DNA from: Schmidtea nova
Taxonomy: Eukaryota
NCBI GenBank assembly: GCA_044892505.1
Contig: CM097883.1
Location: 407,092,001 to 407,156,000, forward strand
Length of the DNA: 64,000 bases
Reading direction: 5' to 3'
Under the pieces are notes generated by a model. The model was given only the letters and a program-made list of their open reading frames with translations. It was not told where the DNA came from and made no database searches. A program made the translations under genes and the position numbers. Position 1 is the first letter of the stretch. Each line of letters begins with the position of its first letter. Below are positions 48,146 through 60,650 of this stretch, in pieces.

Positions 48146-51100
48146 TGTTACGTTTTGTAGTTACTACAAATTTACATACACGCGCACGCATTCACCCAGC
48201 TGTACATAGCACTTACCCCAACTGTCCCGACACATTTTACCGGAGACTCTGTTGGGCTCTACAATTTCCTCCACAACAAACATATTCACTAATACCATGG
48301 ACATACAACAAAATAAATTATCATCAATACAACTAAGTAGCACATAATAACTGGTGTCAGAATAAAAACCAATTCTCTCAATCACGATCCCTTTTAGAAT
48401 AGTTATTTATAGAACTATAAAGGGTAGTGACACTTTTGGTCGAACACGATAGACCGTATTCTTGATTCAGACTAATATTTTTACAGCAAACAACAAAAAC
48501 TAACAATTAAACAAAAAGGCAAATGGCAACAAATCAACCAAACACACAACAATATTGAAAACACCCAATAAGAGAGAAGCAACTACTATTACACCCCTGA
48601 CAACCATCACACTATAAATTCAATCATAAACCCAAAAGCAAAAATCCAAAATAATTTTACCGACGAAAATGGCACCCCACAAAAATGGCTAATGTTCACC
48701 AAATTAACATTAACCATTTCAGGAATCAAATCATCCAAAACATTATGCTCACACATAATCACTGCACTGCCCAGAAAAATAGTAGACGAAATAGCTAACA
48801 GGATAGACGAAATATCGAAAATGACAACCTTTTCGAAACTCTATATACAACCTTATTAAACAGAAATAGGATGAACCGAAGGGAAATATTAGGTAACGAC
48901 AAACTCAGCGATTTATTACGAAACCTGAAAGCAAAATTAGAATTCTTACAACCCAAAATAACAAATTCGGATTCAAATGACTTCGTTAAAGATTTATTCA
49001 TGAGAGCGGCACCCCACAAAAATGGCTAGAGTTCGCCAACTTAACATCGGACATCTAATAATGATTAAGACTAGGTATTAGTGCAGTATGAGGCAGCATA
49101 TGAGGTAGCATACATCTTACCGTCCAAGTAGTCAGAACCAGTTTCAACGCCCAACACAGAAATCCACATTTCCAACCTCGCATGCACTCAACAATTTTAT
49201 TGATATCAACAATAAGTCGGCGTAAAACCACCTAGTCACGCGGCACCTAGAGATTCACAAACCGATATAAAGAAACCACCGATCAGCGAGAATTGATGAA
49301 TTATATCCATTGATCCGCATTATACCGTAACTCATTCACAATAGAGGTCACGCCGTTGGCAAATTAACCGCGGTACACGACTAGTCATGAGAATCTTCCG
49401 GAAATACCAACGCCTGAAATTTTGGCGAGTTCACTTATTGCAGAAATACGAGATGGTATGTTGTTGTTTATGATAATAAATAATAAATCGACGTCAGTGT
49501 CGAATGTTGATGTTTGGTGAAATGAATGGATTGATTTGTAGAACCAGTGTCGTATATAAATCGAATTTATATTGTTTCAATTGAATATCGAATCAGAAAT
49601 GATCGAAATTCCCGTACGGAACGAATAGGGAAATGGATTATTCACTCTCGTTAAGATCAACAAATATAAAACTAAAAACCTAGTGACCGACACAAACCAC
49701 TCTAGGTCATTGTACATTTCAGAGCGGAGTTCATAAATACAACTAACTCAACTGATCAACTAGGAGAAATTCAATCAAGTTCTGTTGACTTTGTTTGTTT
49801 AGTGTTCAATTGTTCAGCCAAATCTAGTCAATATGATCTATAGAGTTCGATTCGCTTGTCTTTCGATTCGTGGAATTTTTTATTAAATCAACACTCGAAC
49901 TAACCAATCAAGACCACGGCAGAAAACCATCTACTTTCTTAATGGGCGGGTAAATCGAAAGGACGAGCCACCTGAAATACTAAATCAGGTCTCAAGGCAG
50001 ATGCGGTTGTGGCGAAATCAGTTTAGAATAAAAGCCCCATTCAGCATTATGGTAGACGATACCGAGTTGTTGATATATGAAGGAAGACCTCTGTGGCCCT
50101 CCGTGCAAACGGAAAACCGAGATCCGCTATGGTTTAAAGTCAAACTGGACGAGGAAAGTATCACGCAGTGGGTAATATTTTTCAACGTAGTCAAGGTAGC
50201 CGAATTCCACCGCCTAAGCTACGTTACGTTGACCAATCCAGAAACATCAAAACCGGGGCAGTAATGAAATATGCGAATCTGCCCTTCAGCTTTCCGAAAG
50301 GAGGGATCACCCACTCCGAATGGGCCAACTCAATTCATGTCCAGGAGGTGTTCCGGTACAAGTCACACTTGTGCTGGGCATCCAACCCGGAAATATACCG
50401 CCCAAATGGAGTTATCAAAGATGAGGCCAAGCAGACACAGGATTGCGTCCGCGACAAGGCAGATGACGAATGGAAATGTGGTGACGATGCTAATGTGACA
50501 TTAGAGCTATAATCCGAATCTTGGTAGACTGCAACACCAGATGGCCCAAAACCATCCCAATGCAAAAAAATGAATACAGAAGCAATTATCAATATCTTCA
50601 TAAATAACTGGATTGCATGTTTCGGTACTCAAAAGTACATCATAAAAGACCAAGGTAGAAAACTCAAATTGCAGTAGTTCAGTGACCTTACCAAAATACT
50701 GGAATCAGACAATAAGGACAATTAATTTTCACTTTCAAACAAATGGCCTAATAGATGGATTTGACAGAACACTGAAAACTTTATACGAGCACTCTCAATG
50801 AATCATGATTCGTCACGGACACTTCCACTTATTGTATGGTGGAATATTCTCAATAGTCGTCACGGTGCATCCTCAGCACAGCTTCTCTTCTAGTCCAACA
50901 TAGCACGATTAAATGATTTGTTCTACATAAGTAAGCCATCAGACAAAATACATTTTAAAGGCACTAAAGAATACTTTCAAAATCTTAAAACAATACCAAA
51001 TTATCTAGGCGAAGTACATGTGCACATTCCAAACAACTGATTGAATGCAAAATATGCCTGGCTTCTTAGATAATAATACACATAATTACATTCCCCGATA

Positions 51101-51270
51101 CAAAGGACAATTAAAAGTTATAAAGATATCACCAGAAAGCAACAAAATAACCAAAAAGCTCAATATATACAACGTAAAACAATCTTTTAGTCTTGACGAC
51201 ACTAACGCTGCTTACATAACGGAATAACATTCGTTCAATTAATTCCACACCTTAGCATGGGACTTGTGTG
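48146..51270 (+). mobile_element. Degenerate Ty3/gypsy element: 5' LTR (~48146-48432), gag relic (~48520-49020), integrase relic (~50530-50800), interrupted by an unrelated insert
   Basis: TGTTAC…GTGACA then TGG. Gag-like KW…SGIKSSKT..SHIITALP and DKLSDLLRNLK. Integrase TRWPKTIP…WIACFG…DQGR…QTNGLI..FDRTLK. Confidence 0.7.
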
Positions 51271-51619
51271 ATTAATCTACTCCAATTAAAATTTTATAAA
51301 TAATTCACTATGGACTGTGCATTGTTATTAAAACAGCAGTCTACAGAAAAATAATATAAAAATTGTTTATTGTCTAAAAGATGGAAAATTAATGCAATAA
51401 GAAATCGTGTATGCTAACAATCATTAATTGTTGATAGTTGATGTTATTTATTAATTTATAATAAATGCAAATATTAATTCAATTGTAATTGCAAATATTA
51501 GCTGGTTTCAATATATGAATATGTTGGGTTATAATGAAAAAGTTGGTTAATCTGTGACTAATCGTGTCCTTTCTTTATAAATCAAATAATTGAAACCCAA
51601 CACAACAAATTTATTGACT

Positions 51620-52170
51620 TTTTTGTTTGTTTTTCTACTAATTTTACACCAAGCCTCTAGCTTGTAACTCAATGATTGAATCTCAGTCTCTGCTACCAGG
51701 TTTTTTTGCTGTCCTTGACTTTCAGCAGCTCTTCTTTTTACACCATCACTATGAAAATATTATGATCGGTGTTTGACAATCATTTCCGTAATTCCGGAGT
51801 AATTGCTTTCCAAACAAGCAAATTGCTAGGGTCGGTTCTTGGGGGTAATTTACCATAAATAAAATTAATTATTTTAACGATAACCCAGCTTTCCATACAG
51901 CTCTCTACACGTCTCGGGTTTTCTATTAGTAGATTAATTAATTTGTTTTTTCTTATAAATTTCTTTAGGAACCCATCACTAAATTTTTATTATTATATCT
52001 GAATTCTTCTCTATATATTATCCATATTTGTTTCATACGAAAAATATAAATTTTTCTGAAATTTTAATTAATTTTTGTACTTGATTATTTTTGAAGTTTT
52101 TATCGATGTCTTTGGTTTTCTGTGCGTTTTATTTCCATCATTTTATATCAACCACAACGAATATTTGTTC
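51620..52170 (-). mobile_element. Degenerate LTR relic related to 43250-44016
   Basis: The reverse complement shares the aaaattaattaaaattt…aacaaattaattaa…aaaacccgagac layout. Confidence 0.4.
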
Positions 52171-53175
52171 GATTGCAATTGCAAATATTAACTGATTTCA
52201 ATATAATTTTTTTTATTATTCAATTTAATTTTTACAACAATGTATAAATATACATTTTATACATATATAAACACATCCATTCACATCCACGATCAAACAA
52301 TAAAATATAACAAAATAAGAGTGATAATAAGGTGATCTACTGACTTTATTTCGCTCAACTTTTCACGCGGGTACACTAAAGCTGTTGTATGTACCATCGA
52401 GCAAAAGTATCAATTCCAACTAGTTGATATTTGATAAAATCTTAAAAATGCCGATCCCAAAAACAATATGTCAAGGCTAATTTACTATTGAAGAATTGGT
52501 AAGTTTTTTAAAATTTAATTTTAATATTTAAAATTTTCATTTCATTTTAATACAATATTAATATTAATATTACAAATTTTTAATTTTTTTTAATTTTTAA
52601 TATTATTGTTTTATACACACCTATTCAAAAAATGTCAGAATAAGTTGATCATAAAAGTAATAAATGTCAAAATGAATTTACAGATAAATGTTCTATATTT
52701 GTTTATTACTCTGCAATTGCTCAGTTACCTTTGCCATTGAAAATCGATTATTATTTCAAATAATTGTTCACAAGAAATATGTTTTCTAAATTTTAAAATA
52801 TTTACTTATATCAAATATTTCAATGATCTGAGAGCACAACTTACAAAAAAAATATTTTTAAGAGACTGGTCGAGTAAATCTGCCAATAGAGTTAACCAAG
52901 GGATTTCTTCGATTTTTAAAAAATATTATAGTAGTAAACCTAAGTTATAATTATAATGCAACCTACTGATGTTTCAATAGAACTCTTGTTGCAAATAAAT
53001 AAATGAATTTCCATTTTAAACTGAAAATATTGTTTATATTTTTATTGAAAACCAGTTTTAAAACGACAAAACCATGTTACCCTCCCGCCAATTAATTCCA
53101 AGCTACTAAACTATATTGAATAAAATTTAAATATCCATGTATTACATAATTTTATCATAACTGTTAATCAAAATA

Positions 53176-53179
<4 letters not shown>

Positions 53180-53254
<75 letters not shown>
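53180..53254. repeat. (TA)n microsatellite
   Basis: Uninterrupted TA run. Confidence 0.95.
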
Positions 53255-53258
<4 letters not shown>

Positions 53259-53507
53259 TTTAAAATGCTAAGATAAATTGAATATATTATGTATTATATA
53301 ATAGAAGAAAGCTGATTATCAGAAAACATTGAAATAAAAATGTCATGTTGTCGATTAAAATTAAATGTTAAAATATAAATTTTTCATATGAAGGTTATGT
53401 ATCAACTAGCTATAATACTGGCCTTCGCCCAAGATTTAGATTTTGTAGAGTTCTTTTTAAATTCTATTATATTTCACTGAAAAACGCTGAAAAAATTCAT
53501 GCTTGAA

Positions 53508-53671
53508 AGAAATAAGTGAAACAAATCAAATCATCACAATTTATTTATTCATACTGTGATCATTTCATCACTGCTTGTGCTTCTGCATCAGAAATAAGTG
53601 AAACAAATCAAATCATCACAATTTATTTATTCATACTGTGATCATTTCATCACTGCTTGTGCTTCTGCATC
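53508..53671. repeat. Exact 82-bp tandem duplication
   Basis: agaaataagtgaaacaaatc…gcttctgcatc occurs at 53508 and 53590. Confidence 0.9.
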
Positions 53672-54899
53672 AGTGACAATTTATAATTCACCATCAAATT
53701 AATTTCCAACAATGATGATGACGATTTCATTGACTACTGGTACAGTAAAGACATACATAGTGTTGTGTTAGTTAGAATAAACAAAACGGCTTTTCAAATT
53801 TGCATAGGTTGTGGAAATTACGTTATAACCCAAAAATAGTTATGTTGACCTAGAAATTCCGGAAAAAAGAGTTGTGCAAATTTTAAGACCATTAAACTTA
53901 AAATTCAAGAAAAACAAACAGTTTTTTAATTTGGAGTCAAGAGATATGCATAATACTTAAATTTTAAGAACTGTCACAAATATTTTGCTAACATTTTGCT
54001 AATCTTTCCTCGTTTTCATAAAACAGATTTGAGATAATTATTATAATGTTCCATAAAATTTAGTACAATAACTATTGATCTATCTAGCAAAGACACAAAA
54101 AATTACTGTTACAAAAAATACACCCGAGATGCTTTATTAATTTTTGCTTTTAATTACAAATTTTACCTTCGCAATGATGTTAGTGATAGACAAGCTATTT
54201 ATATGATAGCTACATATATTATGTGTCTAATCACCTTTAAAATTAATTAACTCAATTCGAGAAAAGAATAAAGTAGAGAGCTGAAAAAAGTTGTATTGAC
54301 CTAGAAATTTTATTACGAATTAGTGTGTAAATTTCATTATTCTAAAGTTAAGCGTTCAAGAGTTTTTTGGTTCAAACAAACAAACTGAGTAACAGTTTTT
54401 TTGTTTTATAGTTAGGATTAATTAAGCCTCTAACCCTAAAGATAAAGATAAATAAGAGCCGAAAAACTTAAAACATCTTCTATCACAAACTAATACACTT
54501 GTCTATTAAATTGATTAGTTTATGCGATCTAATCAATCATCTTTATTTTTAATTTTATGGAACTTTAAATAATTTTTTTCCACTTAGTGGTAATTTCTCT
54601 ATGTTGCGGTTAAGAGAAATTGTTTTACTATTCTAAACATTAAATTAATAGAGAACAATCCGACATGAAGGGACTCCGAATAAAGCTGACGAAGAAGACA
54701 TCATTTATGTTGTTAATGATTTAATTTGAATAAATTAATAATATTAATTGTAACATTATTAGAAGTCATTACTCATTTTTATGAAAAAAAATTAATAAAA
54801 ATGTATGAAAAAGAATCATCTATAAACCTGCCCTAATTGAATTCTAAACACATCATATTCAATGCCAAATGTTTGATTGGTCGTAAATTCTATAATCTA

Positions 54900-56300
54900 C
54901 CAGTCAAAAATAATTTAAAACACTTTCATACAAATTCGTCAATGTTGTCAATTTTCCAGAAACTTAAGTTGATTTTTATGTGAAGTCAAATTTTTTCATC
55001 AGAAAAAACATCTTCAGTAGCGATCAAAAAAATATGCGAGCCAAAATCAATAATTCTACCCCTTCTGCAATAAAAAAGGGTTACGGGAAATTATTATCGG
55101 GTCATCTAAAATTACTCTTTTAAGACAATTTTTATTGTAATGAATATTACACACATCACAAATTCTAATTAATTTATAGATAAAGATTTGTTTTAATAAA
55201 ATTTTCGTCAATTGATCATTTTAAATTTTAACGCTTCCATAAATTTAAGTATCTTCATCTGGACAACCAACAGCTTTGCCTATATTAATTTTCATAACCT
55301 TTGAAACAAAATTTATTATCGTGGGCCTAAAATATTTTCTAGTAATAAAATTGATAAAATTCATTATTTAAATACTGAAAATTCAACAACAGTGAGAACT
55401 GTCAAACATATGCATGAGTATCAGATTAATTAGGAGCACTATTTAACCAATAAATACCCTCCATATTTTATTAGAACAGAATACAAAATCTATATCTGGG
55501 AACAGGATGAAATAAGAGATCTTGAACTTGAAGATGTTTTTAATAAACGGCTATCAAAATCCCGGCTATTTATCAAAAATATAAAGGATACATGTATTGA
55601 AAAATGACTGGTTCTCATATATTATTTAATCCCAAACATTGTTCAATATATGTTTCCATCAGTGCATACTGAAATTATGATCGATATGGTGGATCTTTCA
55701 AAAAGTGACCCACTTTATCAAAAAAATCGGAGATTCTGTACCAATCAACAACAGACAACGTAATCTCGAAGAAGGAGAATGAAATTAAGACAGCCATCAA
55801 TACATAATTTGCCGATTTAATGAACAATTATTTAAAAATATAAACCTGATACAGAACTATAGTGACATAAAAATTAAAGGCATCGTATTTAGAAGCAGGA
55901 AGATCCTTACAAAGGGCCGAAAAAAGAAATTCCTCTCAGGATAACATTGAAAAGAAAAAAACAACGTTTTGGTAACTATTATCTTCAATTAAATATGTAT
56001 TTATTAAATTGGAATGGTTATTCATAATCACTGCCGTCAAAACAACCTGTATGATTTTTGAACTGTTTTTGATTAATTAAATCATGTTCATCAAATGTTT
56101 ACAGATGTTTTCTGATATCCAAATGAGTAATTTAATATCAATATTCACCAAATTAAGACTTGCTGATAAGCCACGGCACTCATATCTGGGCAACCAACGG
56201 CTTTGTCTATATTAAATTTTATAATCTTTGAAACAAAATTCTCTAATCATGGGCCTCATATGTTTTATTCTTTGCATAAAGAACATTGTTTGATGGAAGA
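54900..56300 (-). mobile_element. Highly degenerate LINE reverse-transcriptase relic with a local duplication
   Basis: Minus-strand IIKFNIDKAVGCPD (KA.GPD motif), LINQKQF and ILRGISFFGPL (PQGS.LGP-like). The 55261 and 56188 segments are near-duplicates. Confidence 0.4.
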
Positions 56301-56949
56301 TTATCATTCGACTTTATTAGAATTAACGTAATCACCTCATTAATTTATTTCCATTTGTTGATTTACATACAAAATATTCACACTTAATAATTTTTAAATA
56401 TTTTGATAAAATCGTCAAAGGATTCAGCATAAATACCTTTAAGTCAACTGGATCAAACAAAAATGCATATGCTATTCATTAGCAACTTCCGATTCTCTTA
56501 TTTTATTTTAACTTAAATGATAAAAAAATTGTTCTCTCATTATAAAAATAGCAATACCGAAATAATTTATAGGTTATTCGAGCTTAACGCTATTCATTAA
56601 CGAGATCAATCTCAAAATTATCTCAGCTTTTACAGGGAACTCTTTGTAATGTTAGTCATACTTCAATTTTTCTACTAGGCACGAGTCACAATGTTTTTAT
56701 TCTATATACAGCAACACTGAATACTTCAAAAAGTGAATAATAATCTGTAGACAAAATCGATTTTTTAAAAAATAGTGATTTTTAATTTTTATTGTGATAA
56801 GAAACTGTTATGAACACTAATATTTTTCAATAGGTCATTTTACCAAAATTTATTTCACATTTGCTAAAAAAAACGATTTATAATACAAGTTAGTAAATAT
56901 GTAGAATATCTGTCATACTGCAAAATAATTTTATATCTTTGATATTCTG

Positions 56950-57480
56950 GGGGTGTGTCTAAAAACACACAAAATTAAATTAAATTCACAGAAAATTTAG
57001 TGAAAATCGATAATAGTAGCAAATTCAAAAAGTAATAAATAAAGTGCAAAATTAATTTAAAAATTAGAAATCAATATTGTGAGGGTTTAAATGGTATTGG
57101 TGGACGCCAAATGATGAGACGAATCCAAATTTAATAATATAAAATTAATGAGAGGTCCAATAAAAAAGATATTTAAAAAAATACAAGTTAAATAAAAACT
57201 TAATTAATGGAAAACCCTAGATGTATGGGGAACGCAAATTATCAGTAAAATGATTCAATTACCTCGAACAAATTAATTTTTTGAAGACTCCGAGGTACAA
57301 GAAAACCTTAAATGTAGGGTTAACCTGCATTTTTAATAAATTAATTTGTTTTAGACAAATTAGCTGAGAATAGGAAACCCAAGAGATGTGAAAAACTCAA
57401 ATTATAATAATAATGACACACGAGAGGCGCCTGCCAGCAATCAAATTAAAGTTGAAAAAAGGAACCACTATAAAACTGTC
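56950..57480 (+). mobile_element. Degenerate LTR relic related to 43250-44016
   Basis: gagggtttaaatggtattggtggacgccaaatgatgagacgaatccaaa aligns by eye with gaggggtaaattggtataggtggatgccgaatactgagacgaattcaaa. Confidence 0.55.
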
Positions 57481-58698
57481 AATTAGTCAAAGACCAAATA
57501 TTTTGGCTATTCAAGAATTTATCAAAATACAGGATAAGACATAGTTAGTTTGGATCAGAGCGTTTTAAAAAGTCCATATAAAGTTGAAATTTCAACGGAA
57601 TATTTATTTGAGATGCTAATGTAAGGCAAAAGTGCATAGCTATTCATATCAAGCTGCTTACCCTTTGGAAGACCTACACTATCGCAAGTAAAAGTGCAGA
57701 TAAAAGATAGAAATACTGTTAATAAATTTGTTGTGATTGTGATACAATTAAAATAAATTTCTTTATGATGGATGTTATCATATTTATATCAAAGAGAACA
57801 CGTGGAGTCAGAGTTGTCATACTTACTTTATAATTAATCGAACAATATAAACTAAACATAAGAGCTACAATACAAACTAGAATTAGGTAAATGTTTAGGT
57901 AAATGCTGAAAACAATTTAAGATAGCGTATATTTATTAATATTTTTGATATTGTCATCAATAGTTCGAGATATAAAGGGCTTTCTTGACATCCAAAAAGA
58001 ACCAAAATTAGCCTCCAAAGTGAGACGCGAGCATTCCGGGGCATGCGAATAATGTGTTTTATTAATAATTTATACTACAAAAGAGCATTAAGATTTTAAA
58101 GGAGTTTAATTTAGAATAAATCTATAACATTTTTTAATTATATAATATTTTTTATAATTATAAATTATTTAAAATTTTTTGAGGATGTACGTTAATCATT
58201 AATTTGGGTGTGAATTATTCATGAATTATTTTAAAATAAGGATACTTGGAACGTACTTAGAAACTAATTGAAGTCACTCGGTGTCCCAACACTACGTAAC
58301 CTTATTCAAGTAAACAATACAATGCGCAAACATAAAATCAAAAAATATCCTGTAAAGTATCTGTGAAAAACGAGGGAAATATTTCATAGTCTTTAATGAC
58401 AACTTATCCTCGGATAAATAATTTCTGGGAAACAACTGCAGGAAGCCCTCGGTTTACAGCGATTCAATTTACACCGATACACAATAACGCCGCTGCGCAA
58501 TCCGCCGTGTGATTTTCCTACTTTGACTGATAATATAACATACTTAAAACTGATTTTCGTTTCACTGTTTACCGAGTAGCAGCCAATGTGCATTCGTTAA
58601 ATCAAATATTTAAAGTTTTGTTTAATATTGTTAGGTATGTATGCATTTTTGTTATATTAATATTGAAATTATTAAAATACGTAAATGTTTAAGTACTC

Positions 58699-58935
58699 AT
58701 GTATAAAAGAATAAAGGGGGTCATTATATCAGATAAAATAAGTGTATCAGAGTTATCTAAACATTGTGCTAAAAAGACATTGAAATCTATATATATTAGA
58801 AAAAAATCGAAGGTAATTCGAAGAATGGAAGATGGACAGACACTTCATGTCTATAGATATTTATACTTACCTCCATACACTGTTACTATCATTATAATAA
58901 ATGCTGATAGAATTAAAACATGTGCAACAGTCTAA
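58699..58935 (+). mobile_element. pogo/Tigger transposase N-terminal (HTH_psq-like) relic
   Basis: KSIYIRKKSKVIRRMEDGQT…LYLPPYTVTIII.NADRIK pattern. Confidence 0.6.
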
Positions 58936-60539
58936 AGCAGTAAATGTAAAACATGTAATTATAACAGATAAAATTTTGAAAAAATGAAAAAATTGCTATT
59001 GTTATTGTGATTCAAATGAAGAAAAAACATTCCTTTGACTTTCCTAAGGCATTCAAGATTCGGCAAGTTAAAGGGTACTCCCCACTAAGTGATCTTTTTA
59101 TTTTATTTGTACACGACCGCATTTTAAAGAAACTTAGTTATTCTTGCTTAATTGCTGCAGATTTGGAAGTATCTCTCAACTATTAGGCGATAGATCACAG
59201 TATTTCGTGACACGTGTTTTACAACACGTCTTTAATTGTCTAAACTGCTGTCAAAGTTTGAGTACAATAAACGGTGCAACATCAATGCAGAGGACAAATT
59301 AAATAGTTGTACACGACAACTGAGTCTGAAATATCCTGACAATAACATAAATTACTTGATCTCTTTCTGACTCTTATTTGTGTATATTATATGAGGGGCG
59401 TGCTACATGTGAGCACTATCCTGTTGTAAATTTTTCAAGTTTTATTTAAAAATAAATGTTTTACTGGTGACATTTGGGCGTAGTTAATAGGCTTAAAAAA
59501 GTTAGCTCGGCTTTTTTATAGTAATTTTTAAAACATATTTTATCTTATCATTTTTTTAAATTCTAGTACTTCAAATTATTGGAATCGTTTGATCTTATTT
59601 TAAAAATATTATTATTTTTCTTAAATATACATATATTTATTTATATCAATATTTTTATAAAAAATTTGAGAGTATCAAGAAACTTTTAAACTTTGATTTA
59701 GTAGATCTGGATATTTTAATAACTGCAAATAAGAAATGAGTTATTTATTTTTAACTCGTTCTATATAGTGTACATTTTTATTAGTCATTTTAAATTTTTT
59801 ATATTTCGACTAGATTTTGCAAGGAACCTGTCGTAGAAGCCTCATAAATAGATTTTATCAATATCTACAACATTCAAAAATATTATTCTACAAATCCTAA
59901 CAACTACTCGGGCATCATCTTCAATTGAGATTATGTCTGCTTTTGTCACTGGCTGACGTTTTTTTTACTTTAAGATACCGCTAAAAATATCAACTACTAG
60001 TAAGGTTTGAAGATAGTATCATCATTTTATATTTGTGTTTGTATAGGTCCAAGAGCTGAACAGTCGAAGAACTTTCTTTGCAGTTAAATTAAATTTTCTG
60101 CATTTTTAATTACACAAGTATCATTTCCCATGATATTAATGTTTTGGGTCAAAATATTACACATTTTAGAATTGTATCTTTCGATTTGCTCCAGTGTCAA
60201 AATACTTTGTACAATTTCACTTCATAAAAATAGCCATCTTAAAAATATAATTTAGTAATATAATAATCTTATTATCTCGAAATAAGTGTCAAATTTCTAT
60301 ATTCGCTGGAACTTAATTGTATTTTGAAACGTCAATTGCAATTGTTTATTACGTCAAGTGACATCAAAAAGCCTAAACACGTTAGCTTGACTTTTGGATT
60401 GTAATTTTAAAAACCAATTTTATCTTAGCCTTCTTTTAAATGCCTATGTAGAAACAATATGAACAGTAAAGAAGTACCTGTAGTTGCATCAAAGAAAAAA
60501 GCTGTTTGATATTCCGTATCAAAGAAGGCTGTAAGTCGA

Positions 60540-60650
60540 ATATGGCATTTTTTGTCATTCAGACACTACAATATCAAACTGCCGCTAGAAATATTGACGA
60601 AATAATTAATGCCGTAACTGACGCTTTAAGCGAACTGAGTCGTAATTAAC
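60540..60650 (+). mobile_element. Possible IS630/Tc1-like transposase C-terminal relic
   Basis: FFVIQTLQYQTAARNIDEIINAVTDAL resembles the C-terminus of Tc1/IS630-like transposases. Confidence 0.3.

Noticed and set aside
53508-53671. 82-bp exact duplication as a functional repeat
   Set aside because: A simple tandem duplication or assembly overlap with no further structure.
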